64,000 nucleotides of DNA from Antedon mediterranea (lineage: Eukaryota > Animalia > Echinodermata). The stretch is from positions 34,726,437-34,790,436 of the forward strand of contig NC_092672.1 of NCBI RefSeq assembly GCF_964355755.1, read 5' to 3'. Below are positions 1-11,577 of this stretch, one piece after another. The stretch's first letter is position 1. Every line of letters begins with the position of its first letter. Position numbers and translations under genes: made by a program. The notes beneath the pieces were generated by a model. It searched no databases and had not been told where the DNA came from. It saw only the letters and a list, made by a program, of their open reading frames with translations.

Positions 1-165
1 ACATTGGGTTTTTGGTTGAATTTAACCATATATTTTGTCATTTTATAAGTGAAAACATTTTTTTCTCTACGAAAGTAATTAACTTTATTAAAACTATACA
101 AAATAACCTATTCAAAGACTGATTTAATTAATCTTCATTTTTCATGTTTTTAAGGAACAAAAGAT
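1..165 (-). mobile_element. Partial, diverged inverted copy of the TTAA-flanked element at 2455-2807
   Basis: The reverse complement of 2462-2632 aligns with 1-160, e.g. attaactttattaaaacta..caaaataacctattcaaag.ctgatttaatta. Confidence 0.75.
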
Positions 166-1009
166 GAACAAAAATCTTGTTTTATTTTCTTTTTAGACTT
201 TAGTTGTTCGTTCAAAAATTACTGATGGGCTTATTATTTATCATTTTATTTGACATTTGACAATGAAACTTATTTGATTCGGTAATTTTAACTTCTAACT
301 ATATTTGAATTATATTGATATCGTTAAATGATTACATTGTTAAATTCACATTATGGCTTTTCAAATTCATCTATCAGTTTTGTACATATTTTGTTCATAT
401 TAAGATTTAATGGGCGTAATCATTTAAAACCGATTACAAAAATACAGGTCGAAATATATAAATATTAGTTTTTAATGCATACTTGTGACATGATAGAGGC
501 ATTTCAAAGTATAGTAATTATTCTCGTTGCAAGTGTCACCATATTTTACGGATAGTAATTGTAACCGAAATGTTTAACCGTAAATTTTACATTTTACCAC
601 AAGAGCCTTCGAACTCACCATCTTTGGTGTGAACGTATCGATAAGTCAGCTAGCAGTGCAGCAACAGAAGCCGGCACTTCGTGGACGCGTGCGCGGTTTT
701 TTTTATCAACGTTTAAACACGCGCGTCAAATCGTGTATACGCGCTGACGCGATAACGAACGGTGTTCTCTGTGCGTCATCCAGCCGTCTACACTCGTAAA
801 ATTGTTATTTCACGCAACCATTATTTTTTTACATTTTAAAAATTACATTAAAGCAAACTATATTCTAACTTGACTATGACCACGTGTGATAGTGACGCCA
901 CCAATTTTCTACAATCTTGTAATATATCCTTTTTAGAAAACATTAAGTATATAATTTAATATAAATATGAAAGGTCTAGGCCACTTTATTTACTTGTTTA
1001 TCGACAGGA

Positions 1010-1088
1010 TAGCCTTGAACAATCGATCTTTGTCTGCAAAAGTCGTCAAGCTCCGCCTGGCTGCACCGATTTCATGCTCACCAGGCTA
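1010..1088. mobile_element. Short element with TAGCCT...AGGCTA termini (possible Academ-type non-autonomous element)
   Basis: Ends are tagccttg / ccaggcta, with imperfect 3-bp flanks gga/gaa. TAG...CTA termini are typical of Academ elements. Single copy in the window. Confidence 0.3.
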
Positions 1089-1599
1089 GAAATTGGTAAA
1101 AAGTTTTAATGGATATTATTCCGTAGTAAGTGAACCATTTTATATTCTTACTAACGGATGTCTTTATTTTATGTTCTTCAATCATTCTTATGCTAAATTA
1201 TGCTTTAATAAATGTGATATGTTAACTTTTAAGTTTTAAGGTGGAGACGCGCAAACGGCAATTCATGTTATTATTGTTGTCTGATGATTGCTTTACGCGC
1301 GATAATATTTCAACCGGTTTTTTTTCTTGAACTGTTTTATGAGTCTTCTTTATTAGTACATACTTATCATTTGATTGGGTTTTAAAGAAAATGCGATAAA
1401 TCGTAGTAAATTGAGATTTAATGCGATTTTGTTTATCTTTATGGTTATCATAAATAATACAATTTATTTATGTTGTTTACTGTTGTTTCTTTATAATTGT
1501 AAAATGTTCTTCTAAATGTATTCGATTTTATGTTAAGCCGCTGCAAGAAGAAAACACAATTTCTTTTCTTCATAGTACTGCTGTATCATCGTTGTTTTA

Positions 1600-1771
1600 A
1601 GCTCTGTCTACACTATCAAACTTGCGTGAGAAACGCATCACATTATCAGAAAATAGTAATGTTGCCAGTTAGCTTAAAGCTCTGCCTACACTATCAAACT
1701 TTATGTGACAAAAAATGTGATATGCCCAAATATGGACATGATGATGTCATAATTACCATATTTGGGTTATC
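1600..1771 (+). mobile_element. Two truncated MITE-A pieces (TIR only, 1600-1623; 5' part, 1678-1771)
   Basis: The TIR AGCTCTGTCTACACTATCAAACT occurs twice; the second copy continues into the MITE-A internal sequence. Confidence 0.85.
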
Positions 1772-2454
1772 TTTCTCGTTACCAGTACTGTATTATCAAT
1801 AGGCCTACAGCAACTTTACTCTGATCGGCCGCGGCGGCCATAATATTTTTTGTCAAAAACGCATATCGCCGACTTTCCAGAATATCAATCCGCTGTGTTT
1901 TGTTAGCGGGGCTCTTTCATAGAATTGTGAAAAAGAGCTGAAGATTTTTCAGAGGGACGCTAGAAAAAAAGTTTTTAAATACCGAAGACATTTATGTGAG
2001 TTAATTCGTTTAATTATAAAACCAAATATATCTATTTCAAAAGTGTTGTTAATTTTAAAATAAATCATTTCAAAACAAATACTACTTTTAAGATCAGCTA
2101 TTGGAATTTAGTCCGGCACTTAGCGGCCACGTGCCGGATAAGTACGTTATATTTGAAACGAATGTACAATACTATTGTACTATTTGTCTATTCTGTTTAT
2201 GTAACAATAGGCTACAATCCGCACTCTTTCTCTGGTAGATGGTTAGGTCGCTATGGACATATGCTACTATATTTGATACTGTATCAATACATGAAAAGAT
2301 CGAATTATCAATTTAAATCTAACTGTTTTAGATAGGCTTATACTATTAACGTGTGTAACAATGGTTTACTTTGTTCTTCCCATTGACTTATAGAAGTAGA
2401 CCAAGCTGCACCAACATTCTGTAAATGGTAAATGTTACAGTTATCACAAATTAA

Positions 2455-2807
2455 AGATGTATTGTCCCACAAAAACATGAAAAATTAAGATTAATTAATT
2501 AAATCAGACTTTGAATAGGTTATTTTGTAGTTTTAATAAAGTTAATCCCTTCCGTGAAAAAACAAGATGAAAAAATGCTTTCTCATATAAAATGACAAAA
2601 TAAATGGTCAAATCCAAACAAAACCCCATTTGCTGGCAGCTAATTTGACTATTGTTTGCTTTAGTAGGCCTATACAGTTTTTTTCAGGTAAATACATTTT
2701 TTTCGATTCAATTTTTGTTCTAAGTGGATAACTATTATGTGATATTAAAATAGCATATTCAACAACCAAAAATAACAAATTATTTGTTCAGGGGGGACAA
2801 TACATCT
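2455..2807. mobile_element. Non-autonomous DNA transposon with TTAA TSD (Kolobok-like termini)
   Basis: ttaa|AGATGTATTGTCCC ... GGGACAATACATCT|ttaa: a perfect 14-bp TIR with TTAA duplication. AG...CT ends fit Kolobok rather than piggyBac (CC ends). Confidence 0.7.
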
Positions 2808-2986
2808 TTAAGTAAACAGTAGTAAAAACATAAAAATAAAATAGTTATAAGAATGGTTTAATAAAAACAAACATTGAATAATGTTGAATCGTAGTTTAAT
2901 AATATGAAAAGTGAAATAAAATAAAATCAATCACTTTTGTTGTTCTTTCATGCATCAATTTTTATTTTAGGAGTATAGAAGTGTAA

Positions 2987-3127
2987 AGCTCTGTCTACAC
3001 TGTCAAACTTTATGTGATAAAAAATTGTGATGTGCCCATAATATGTGGACATGATATCATATCAATACCATATTTGGGTACAACACACTTTTTTTTGTCA
3101 AACTAGTTTGATAGTGTAGACAGAGCT
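2987..3127 (+). mobile_element. MITE-A, full copy (PIF/Harbinger, Tourist-like)
   Basis: About 23-bp TIRs AGCTCTGTCTACACT(A/G)TCAAACT / AGTTTGATAGTGTAGACAGAGCT, flanked by TAA..TAA. Confidence 0.9.
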
Positions 3128-4898
3128 TAATGAAAGGGCTTGGTGTGATGCAAAGGCATGGTAACTAAAGAGAGAATCAAGGTTTGAACCCAGAGTAAGG
3201 ATTGTATTGTCCCTAATAGCAACTCTATATGTATTCCAATGTACTTCAACATTTATCCAGTAGGTAAAACCTTTTTTTTAATATAAATTATTTAAGTAAT
3301 TTTATCTTGTGTTTTAAAAATTAAACATTTTGTATTAAAATACATTTAATATTCTGATTTCCTATTTCTATTGTTTAAACGTAAAAGTGAATTACATAAT
3401 CTCATTATTCTTTAATTTAAGAAACTTAAGTCTCTAAAACTGGAGAGAAGAGAAGTAAAACTTTAAAATAAAAAACAATCTTGATTACGAAAGAAATACA
3501 AGAACTACCGTAACGTCTGTGGGAAGACTTGACTTGAACCCGGAATCTATATAAACACACCAGAACACATCATTTTCTTCTTTAACCTACCACTAATCAT
3601 CCGTCCATTATGCTTGACATTTCTTCATTAAATTTATACTACAGTAATCAGTTAATTGTGTATAATTTAAATTTCTTATTTACTCCATCGGCATTGTACA
3701 ATATAACGAGTCTTATACGACGAACCATTTGTTGTTTGTCTTTACAACCCGTTTCTCTTTGCATTATCACTATAGTCTCAATTGTAACGAGATAATTGTT
3801 AATTATCTATAATAATACAAATTCACATACTATTGAATTCTCTTTCGAATTTACTTACGCTGATACTGTTCATTATTCTTAGGCCTAAACCACTTAGGCA
3901 GAACGTCAGCAAGTCATTTAGTTCTCAACGCCCTGGGGCAGAGTTATACTGCGCTGAACAAGACCATGATTGCCACTTTCGACACGTTCAAAAAGAAATT
4001 AACTCGAGACCAAAATGCATGATTTTTGCTTCGAAGAGAAAATAATTTGTCTTGTGAGCATTGAAGTGTGACTCTGTGTGTAATGAAGAAGTTTGTAGGG
4101 CATGGAAAGACAACGAATCTAAGCTGACCTTTATACCGAACAGATTCGCATTGTACAAAGAATTTATCAAAATGAAATTATTTAACAATAGGAAGACTAC
4201 GCTACGGCAGACGGTCGTAACTAACCGCCTATTATTTCCCACTTTTAACATCGTTAATAGATGGTGTGAGAGATTTACCTTTTTTGTTTATAATTATGTA
4301 TAAGTTCTCTTTTTTCAATCCAAAAATAGTAACTTGACTTGACAAGCTGTGTTGATAAATGTCATCATCCATTAACAGCCAATTAAATATATATATCTCT
4401 TTTTTTTTCTTTTAAGAAGACATTTTATGCTATTTTAAGTGAGAAAAATTAGAAAATATGATTAAGCTTCGCAATAATACCAATTAGTAGGCTATTTTTT
4501 ACATACCACACGATTTCCAAGCGTTCGTTAGCCATCGCAATGTAATAATTTAAAACAAGGTACTGTTCACATTAAAGAGTATTACTATGCCTATACCATA
4601 ACATTATAATTTGATCAAGCATAACAAATAAAACAAAATTTCACTATAACTCGAAGAGCTAGTAATCATATTAGTAAGACATATTAGTAAATGCTTTTAC
4701 ACAAGACAATATATTTCCAACGAAAATGTTAAAAGTTCAAAATGAAACCACACCTATATGATATACAGTATTCGATTAAACATCGAAGTTCTGCTATAAT
4801 TATTTGATATTGAACAGCGTCTGACATAACCCGATCTATCTTGCGAGAGAAACACATCACATTACCAGAAAATAGTAATGTTGGCAGCTATAGCTTAA

Positions 4899-5049
4899 AG
4901 CTCAGTCTACTCTATCAAACTTTTATGTGCAAAAAAAATGTAATGTGCCCAAATATGGACACATTGATGTCATATCACTACCATATTTAAGCATATCGCT
5001 ATCCATATTTCCCAGCACATCACACTAGTTTGATAGTGTACACAGAGCT
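4899..5049 (+). mobile_element. MITE-A, full copy
   Basis: Same TIRs and TAA..TAA TSD. Confidence 0.9.
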
Positions 5050-5429
5050 TAACATCAGAAAGTTGTCCACTGTTTTATTTTACAATTATTAGTAGGCCCT
5101 GTTCCTTGAATACGAACTTACTGTATATAGTAACGTTATTCTATTAAAAAACATCGCAGAAGAAAATTGGAAAGCTGAATAATGCGTGAACATTGACAAG
5201 TATTGTCCCAGAAGGAAATCATACTCATCATCATCACATAACATACTCAGACATAGATACCAATAACGTGTAAACCATAATATTAGGTTTATATTTGAAA
5301 ATGTAAAAGAATCGCTCTAGTAATGAAAACACAATCATTCCACTTCAGTTTCTGCTATACGTTTTAAAGTGAAATCAAATACAGATTATATTTACTTTAC
5401 AGATACTAAATCACTTTATTTTTATTTTG

Positions 5430-5810
5430 GATGTCTGACAGATTCTAGTTAAGTAATGTTATTTAAAACGTATCAACAAAAACAAAGACATCTTTATCTA
5501 TTTTTAAATACAGAAAATAATAAAGAATAATTGTTTAGTAATTTTTTTTTCAACTTTCAAAATCTTTAATTTTACTATTCTACAATTTTTAAATTTCGCG
5601 ATAAGATTAATTTCCAGCAGTATACAGTACCCTTAAGATGTCTGGTTGATTCTAGTTAAGTAATGTTATTTAAAACGCATCAAAACCAACAAAAACAAAG
5701 AAATCATTCTCTATTTTCAAATACAGAAAATAATTAATTGTTTAGTGAATTTGTTTGTAACTTTAATTTGTTACGACCCATTTTGAAATTTTCGCGATAA
5801 CATTAATTTC
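5430..5810 (+). repeat. Local tandem duplication, about 205 bp x2
   Basis: gattctagttaagtaatgttatttaaaacg...ttcgcgataa.attaatttc occurs at about 5442 and 5648. Confidence 0.8.
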
Positions 5811-6772
5811 ACGCAGTTTGCAGTAAACTTTAAATGTCGATTAGAGAAGCGACATGAATTCAAGTCATAAATATATTTGTAATTTTTTGTAAAGGCCTAT
5901 ACGAAAATGCGTTTGGATTATGTAGACGTCTTTTTTTGCGAATATAGAATTACAGCACTTGAGTTAATAATGTAATAATATTTTTAATTGCACTAATATG
6001 CAATATGGTGCCTTTCTATCGGTACATTAATTTTTCTCACGGAAGTCAGTTGTGGCTTTTTAATAAATGTATAGACTGTCGATAGCTGACGAGAATGTTT
6101 GATATGGGAAACAAAACTTAATTTGTAATAAGTTCCGTATTAATTATACACCATCGCCATAATGTTGCGTTACAGTAATCTATAGACACCTCTTTCTATT
6201 CCAGCTTAATTTGTATTTAAATTATTGTACACTGACATTTGGCAGTCTATAACTCGTGAAAGAAACATATAATGTTTTTTTTTTATCATAACAATTTTCA
6301 CCTAATTATTTAACACTTCTTTGCTTTAGTGGTGGTTTTACTTATAAACATGTAAATGAGGCGAAGTAAATCATCTTTGTTTTGAGGAATAAATTTAATT
6401 TAAGTCTCCAGAAATATCTTTTTTACACCCCAATACCCAATTGTTACAATTCTCGATCTCCTCGCGGTCCAAAAGGTGACTAACCAAACGGCTCGCGTCC
6501 AGAGTATTGTATATATAAATGATCATATTAATTACTAATTAAACAAGATAAGTTGAATCTAGTCTAGTAACATAAAAGAGGCTATGCGAATTACGTATTA
6601 ATCGCATTACCTAACCAAAATATTGTGACAACTGAACAGATTATTAATTAGTAAAATACGTAATTATATACCGATTAATTGGCATAACAAATGAAGTAAT
6701 TAAGTGATGTGTTGAAGGGAGGACTTCATTAATGCTTTGTGACTGTAAAGTAGAAGTCAACAAACAGATCCA

Positions 6773-7110
6773 CCAACATTTAAATGCATGTACAATGTTG
6801 ACGCGCGCGTACAAAAGACGTACTAGTTTCATCAACATTTGACTGCATGTTAACGCGCGCGTATACAAGACGTTCTATAGTTTCATCAACATTTCAGTGC
6901 ATGTTGACGCGCGCGTACAAAAGACGTACTAGTTTCATCAACATTTGAATGCATGTTGACGCGCGCGTACAAAAGACGTACTAGTTTCATCAACATTTGA
7001 AGGCATGTAAAATGATGACGCGCGCGTACAAAAGACGTTCAAGTTTCATCAATATTGAACGCGCGCGTTCAAAGGTCGTTTGGTTTTCGATAATATTGAA
7101 CGCGCGCGTG
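6773..7110. repeat. 52-bp CpG-rich minisatellite, about 6 copies
   Basis: Unit caacatttgaatgcatgttgacgcgcgcgtacaaaagacgtactagtttcat, decaying toward the 3' end. Confidence 0.9.
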
Positions 7111-7788
7111 TGTGTCAAATGTATTCTTCCTCACGTGTCAACGATAAATCAACTCGATCTTCAAAGACGGTCAAAAGAGGGGTTACAATAAGTTTATATT
7201 TCAAAGGCGGTTATAATTGCAGCTTAAAAGCAGCTTAATACCAACTTAAGAGCCCATTTGATGCAACTTAGCAGCCAATTATTCTTACAAACACAAGAAC
7301 GATTTAGAATTTTACTGACTTTATATGAAGCTAGTTACAATGATATGGACGTTACAATCTGTCGACTTGTTTTTTCCGAAAGGAAAATGCTGGTCTTTGT
7401 AGTATAGACAATCAGCTATTTTGTAGTAGAAAAAGTAAACATTTCGTATAAAGTAAAAAAAATTGATTTGTGTTTATTCATTCAAGCATTTTACTTTTAT
7501 TTCGGAAACGGACGTCCATAATTTCAACTATTACATTATTTATAAAATTTAATCATTTTAATGTGATTCGGGTTAGATTTCTAGAATGCTTATTTGGTTT
7601 TCATTTTGTATACTAAGCAAAGGCCTTAAATATAATTTCAAACAAAATTACTATTATTACAATTCATCATGCAATATTGTAAAGTAAACATTATAAGTAT
7701 TTAAAAGATTGATATTTGTGCCTACGGTGCCAGGCCTTTTTCTTTTTCTTTTTATTTTAACTAAATATGATTAGGTTGTGGCTCCTAA

Positions 7789-7967
7789 AGCTTGGTTCCC
7801 ACTAGAACGTAACGCAAGGACGTAAACGCAACGCAAGCGTTTTAACCAATGACAAGCGAAGTTATAGACAGTTAGTAATCACAAGCGAATAAGCCATCGC
7901 TTGTAATTGGTCAATTCACTTGCGTTGCGTTACGTCCTTGTGTTGCGTTGCTAGTGGGAACCACGCT
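7789..7967 (+). mobile_element. MITE-B, full copy (PIF/Harbinger-like)
   Basis: TIRs AGCTTGGTTCCCACTAG / CTAGTGGGAACCACGCT, TAA..TAA TSD and extended internal inverted repeats. A near-identical inverted copy lies at 19761-19939. Confidence 0.9.
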
Positions 7968-8410
7968 TAAACAAGGAACCAGTAAAGTACAAAGAATTCA
8001 TAGATCATATAGATCAAATAGTACACTAACTAAAGTAGGCCTGATAGAACGTTTAAAAATTAAAACAAACAATATTTTAATAGTATGTAGCCTATTATTG
8101 TATTGGTTGAGGTATATATAAATCACTAAAGCGATGTGAAATAACAACAGATAAATATCATTTTCTTTAATCATTTTTATGTATTTTTCTTCTTTTTTTT
8201 TGCTTACATTTTAATACATCTGAACTGAGTTATAAAACTACGTTTTGTAAAAAAAACACAAATCGGTGTACTTATCTTGCGATATTATACAATTTCTAGA
8301 AAAGTGGAATAGAATTGTCAAATTGATAATTTGGATTACAAAATCTTTTTATTGATATAATTGCTTAAAATGCTTAAGCCTACCCCAAAGCACTTTCAGT
8401 TCGCGCTTAT

Positions 8411-8464
8411 TCAAGTGCACTGGAAAGTGGGCGGAGTAAAACAAACAAACTCGACGCCGATTGG
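8411..8464 (+). promoter_or_regulatory. Putative proximal promoter of the T-box gene
   Basis: Within 55 bp, about 270-330 bp upstream of the ATG: NK2-type TCAAGTG (8411-8417), GC box GGGCGGAG (8429-8436), Fox-like AAACAAACA, and reverse CCAAT (ATTGG 8460-8464). The TSS cannot be determined. Confidence 0.5.
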
Positions 8465-8670
8465 TCAATGAGTTTTCTATTGACGCTACTGTGTATTTTC
8501 CATACAGTGAATATATCCCTGTGTGATTTTACAATTGTCAAAATAATAGCTTAGTAATTGGCGAACAGTAGCTATATCACAGTTAGGCATTGGCCCTTAA
8601 AGGTGATACTAGCGACTAGAATTGTTTAAGAAACCCCGGAAGATATTGTCTCTGTCCAGTGGATTATTGT

Positions 8671-8718
8671 ATGACGACGGACATTCTATTCGCGTTAGAT
8701 TCGTCACCCATACCTTAG
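8671..8718 (+). other. Upstream ORF (MTTDILFALDSSPIP*) in the putative 5' UTR
   Basis: ATG at 8671, TAG at 8716-8718; same frame as the main ATG and ending 18 nt before it. Confidence 0.45.
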
Positions 8719-8736
8719 GCCTGAACTTTCTCCAGT

Positions 8737-8872
8737 ATGATGTATGAGAATGATGATATACTTAGCCGGCAGGCTAGGGCTTTTGCCATGAACGGCATGG
8801 TCCCCCCTCCTCCTCCTCGCAGTTTCACCTACCCTAGTATTTCCATGCACCAGCCAACTCCAAATTTTACAG
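8737..8872 (+). CDS. tbx6: T-box transcription factor, Tbx6/16-like, coding exon 1 (MMYENDDILSRQARAFAMNGMVPPPPPRSF...)
   Basis: ATG with in-frame upstream stops; donor AG|GTGAG at 8873; phase 1 joins exon 2 in frame. Missed by the ORF track. Confidence 0.8.
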
Positions 8873-9402
8873 GTGAGGATTTTTTTTGTTAACCTGGTGT
8901 GATTCTTTTCTTAAGGGTTGTTGTCTGATGTTGTTATATTTGTCACGATGGGTGAATGTGTCGTGGGATGACTTGGTTTACAGTTAAAACATATCTAACT
9001 GTTAAAACTGACACTGTGTTAGCACTGATGTAACAATCCCCTCACGCCGTACAATCAACTCGTCAAATTTAGTCACCTTTCTAGTAAATCTGTGCACGTT
9101 CTTGGAAAATTTCGATATTTTAACTCTTCATGATTTAATTTTAACCATACTTGATTAAAATTAATAATTATTATATTTGTATTTATAGTGTTCGTTACTG
9201 ATTTCAATAGTATGTTTTTATAATCTATATTTTACAATTTCTATACTCGTTCTTAACATTATTTTTTTTCCAGCACCGTATGATAAGTAGGCCAATATAT
9301 TATTGTTTTTTCCTTTTTATTATTAAATATAGGATTTTTGTTTGTTTACTTTTATTGCGATATTTTAGGAGTTACCAGTACCTAGCAATTATATAAACAT
9401 AT

Positions 9403-9848
9403 GTACAGAAATTAATATTTTGGCCTAGGCCTGTATTTTTCCTTTCGAAGAGACAATGTATTAATAATAATAATAATCATATGTGCGTATACGTGCCTAG
9501 AAATGCAGTATGCCGTACGTACAGAAATTAATATTTTGGCCTATAGGCTCGCGTTTTCCTTTTCGAGGAGACAGACGTGTATTAAGATAGGCTAGTTATC
9601 ATATTAGGTTGTTTGCTTAAGAACTATACCAGTGCCTGTACAATGCAGTACCGAACGTACAGAAATTCATATTTTGGCCTAAGCTTGTATTTTTTTGTTT
9701 AGATGAGACAATGTATTAATAAAGGCCTAGTCATCATATTATATTGAGTACCGTATCTTATATACGATACCTAACAATTATACAGTATATATAATAATAC
9801 ATATAATATTGTACAGAAATTGATATCTTGACCTAGGCCTGTATTTTT
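9403..9848 (+). repeat. Degenerate repeat of about 115-155 bp, 4 copies, in intron 1
   Basis: gtacagaaatt.atattttggccta...gagaca.tgtattaa at about 9403, 9519, 9657 and 9811. Confidence 0.75.
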
Positions 9849-10893
9849 CGTTGTGCATTCCACGAGGAGTCATGCTTTGATATACTTGTGTTTACCTTCC
9901 TCTCTTATGAATAGAAATAATTCTTCACGCATTTCCATCACAGCGGTGGACAAATCACTTGATTTAGTTCCAATAGAATTATTGTTTTGGCTTACAACAA
10001 ATAGGCCTACAAAATCTACAATTTAAATCGATGATGTTTGTAAATATAACCACACGATGTTAGAATGGGTGCTTGCCTATAATAATTTTCGATACTATTC
10101 TAAATGCACAATGTTTGTAATGAGTGTATTCGATGTTTTGCATGTTAAAAGAACATCTCGATTGAATATGCTTATTATCAATTCATTTCGAATTAGAATG
10201 CAACATATAATACTTCTAATATTAGGCCTGTAATATACAAAGGACAACCTTATGTCCGAAGAAGTTTATTAATTAATTACTAATTTAATTAAATTATAAG
10301 AAAACCTAATTATTTTTACTACTGACTTATTTAAGAATTAATTAAAAAATATAAAGTTATATAACCACCTATGTAAGAATCTTGATGAACAAATGTGATT
10401 TCTATAGTAGTGACAAGATGGATATAAAAAGAATTTACAATTACTTAGTGACGTTTTTTAGGCTAAAAAGAGAAGTGATACCCCAGGGTAAAAATTAGGA
10501 CTTTATCCGCCATTGTGGCACATATTAAGTAATGAATATATCCAGGGTCGGGATTACCAGATTTGTAGTTAACTTAAAAGCGAAAATTAGCTGACGTTTA
10601 AAAGAAGGACGTCCACTATTATTTGTAAATTAAGCTACTGTATTTTATTTTAATTCTTTAAAAATAAAAGATTTGATTTGTTGTTATCACGTTTTTCGTT
10701 GTAAATCTAACTGTACATAGCGGTAACAAAACGATCGTGTTGTTGATGTCCGAATTAGTGAAATACTTTACATAACTTTTCAAACAAAACAACGTGGTTT
10801 AAAACATTATAGTTTGTTTTTGTCTTTTGTAAGTTCGTCTCGTTTATAAGTTCGTCTCGTTTATAAGTTTGTCTCGTTTTCATTTCATTAGTT

Positions 10894-11055
10894 ATGTGTC
10901 TTTATTTACATAATATATAAAATACAGTAACCAAGCAGGACCTTAGACAGTTTGAGAAACTTAACAAGAAGGTCGCAAAAGCAGACGCGGATATCAATTT
11001 CTTAAAGAATACATCAATATTTAAAAGTATATATGGAAGATTTCGTCTGAAATAA
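10894..11055 (+). mobile_element. Degenerate fragment of a Penelope-like retroelement ORF N-terminus
   Basis: Translates MCLYLHNI*NTVTKQDLRQFEKLNKKVAKADADINFLKN, resembling the KDxRxxEKLxxKxxKxxxDIxFL pattern I recall at Penelope-like ORF starts. Has an internal stop. Confidence 0.5.
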
Positions 11056-11357
11056 AGTGATCAGATCAAATCAAATCATGTACTTTACTGTACCGTATTA
11101 AAACATATAGACTAGTAAAATTGTGTACATGGTCAATATAAATACTGTACACTATATGTATCCAGTATAGAAATACATATATTTATCTATAAATTGTGAT
11201 ATCATATTCGTTATGAGCAAAGCCTTACTTTTATTGTGTTGGTAAAAATAATACTCAATGTGATAAACGATTCTATCTTATTATCTAATTATTTTATATC
11301 CGCTTTATTATTTTTAATTTAATTCTGCAAAATAAAAAATATGTATGTTTACCTTAG

Positions 11358-11577
11358 ATCATGGAGCACATTTTGGCGATTTTTCTCCGCTGTCGGCCTC
11401 AAGCATGGACCCAGGCCGATCAATGCATCAGATGATGTCTTCAACAGCGCCTCGTCCGCCTGATCTAGGCATCCCGTCTATGCCTAGCAAAGATATTAAA
11501 GTTACGCTAGAAAATCGCGATTTGTGGAAGAAGTTTCATGCTATAGGAACAGAAATGATTATTACGAAAGCTGGAAG
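11358..11577 (+). CDS. tbx6: Tbx6/16-like exon 2 (start of T-box: [28 protein letters not shown])
   Basis: Acceptor cttag| and donor AG|GTAAG; the conserved phase-2 intron falls in the first Arg of GRRMFP. Confidence 0.95.

Noticed and set aside
2112-2138. GC-rich hairpin TCCGGCAC..GTGCCGGA as a Helitron 3' end or terminator
   Set aside because: There is no correctly spaced CTRR end or identifiable 5' TC end; it is probably part of an unclassified repeat at about 1810-2150.
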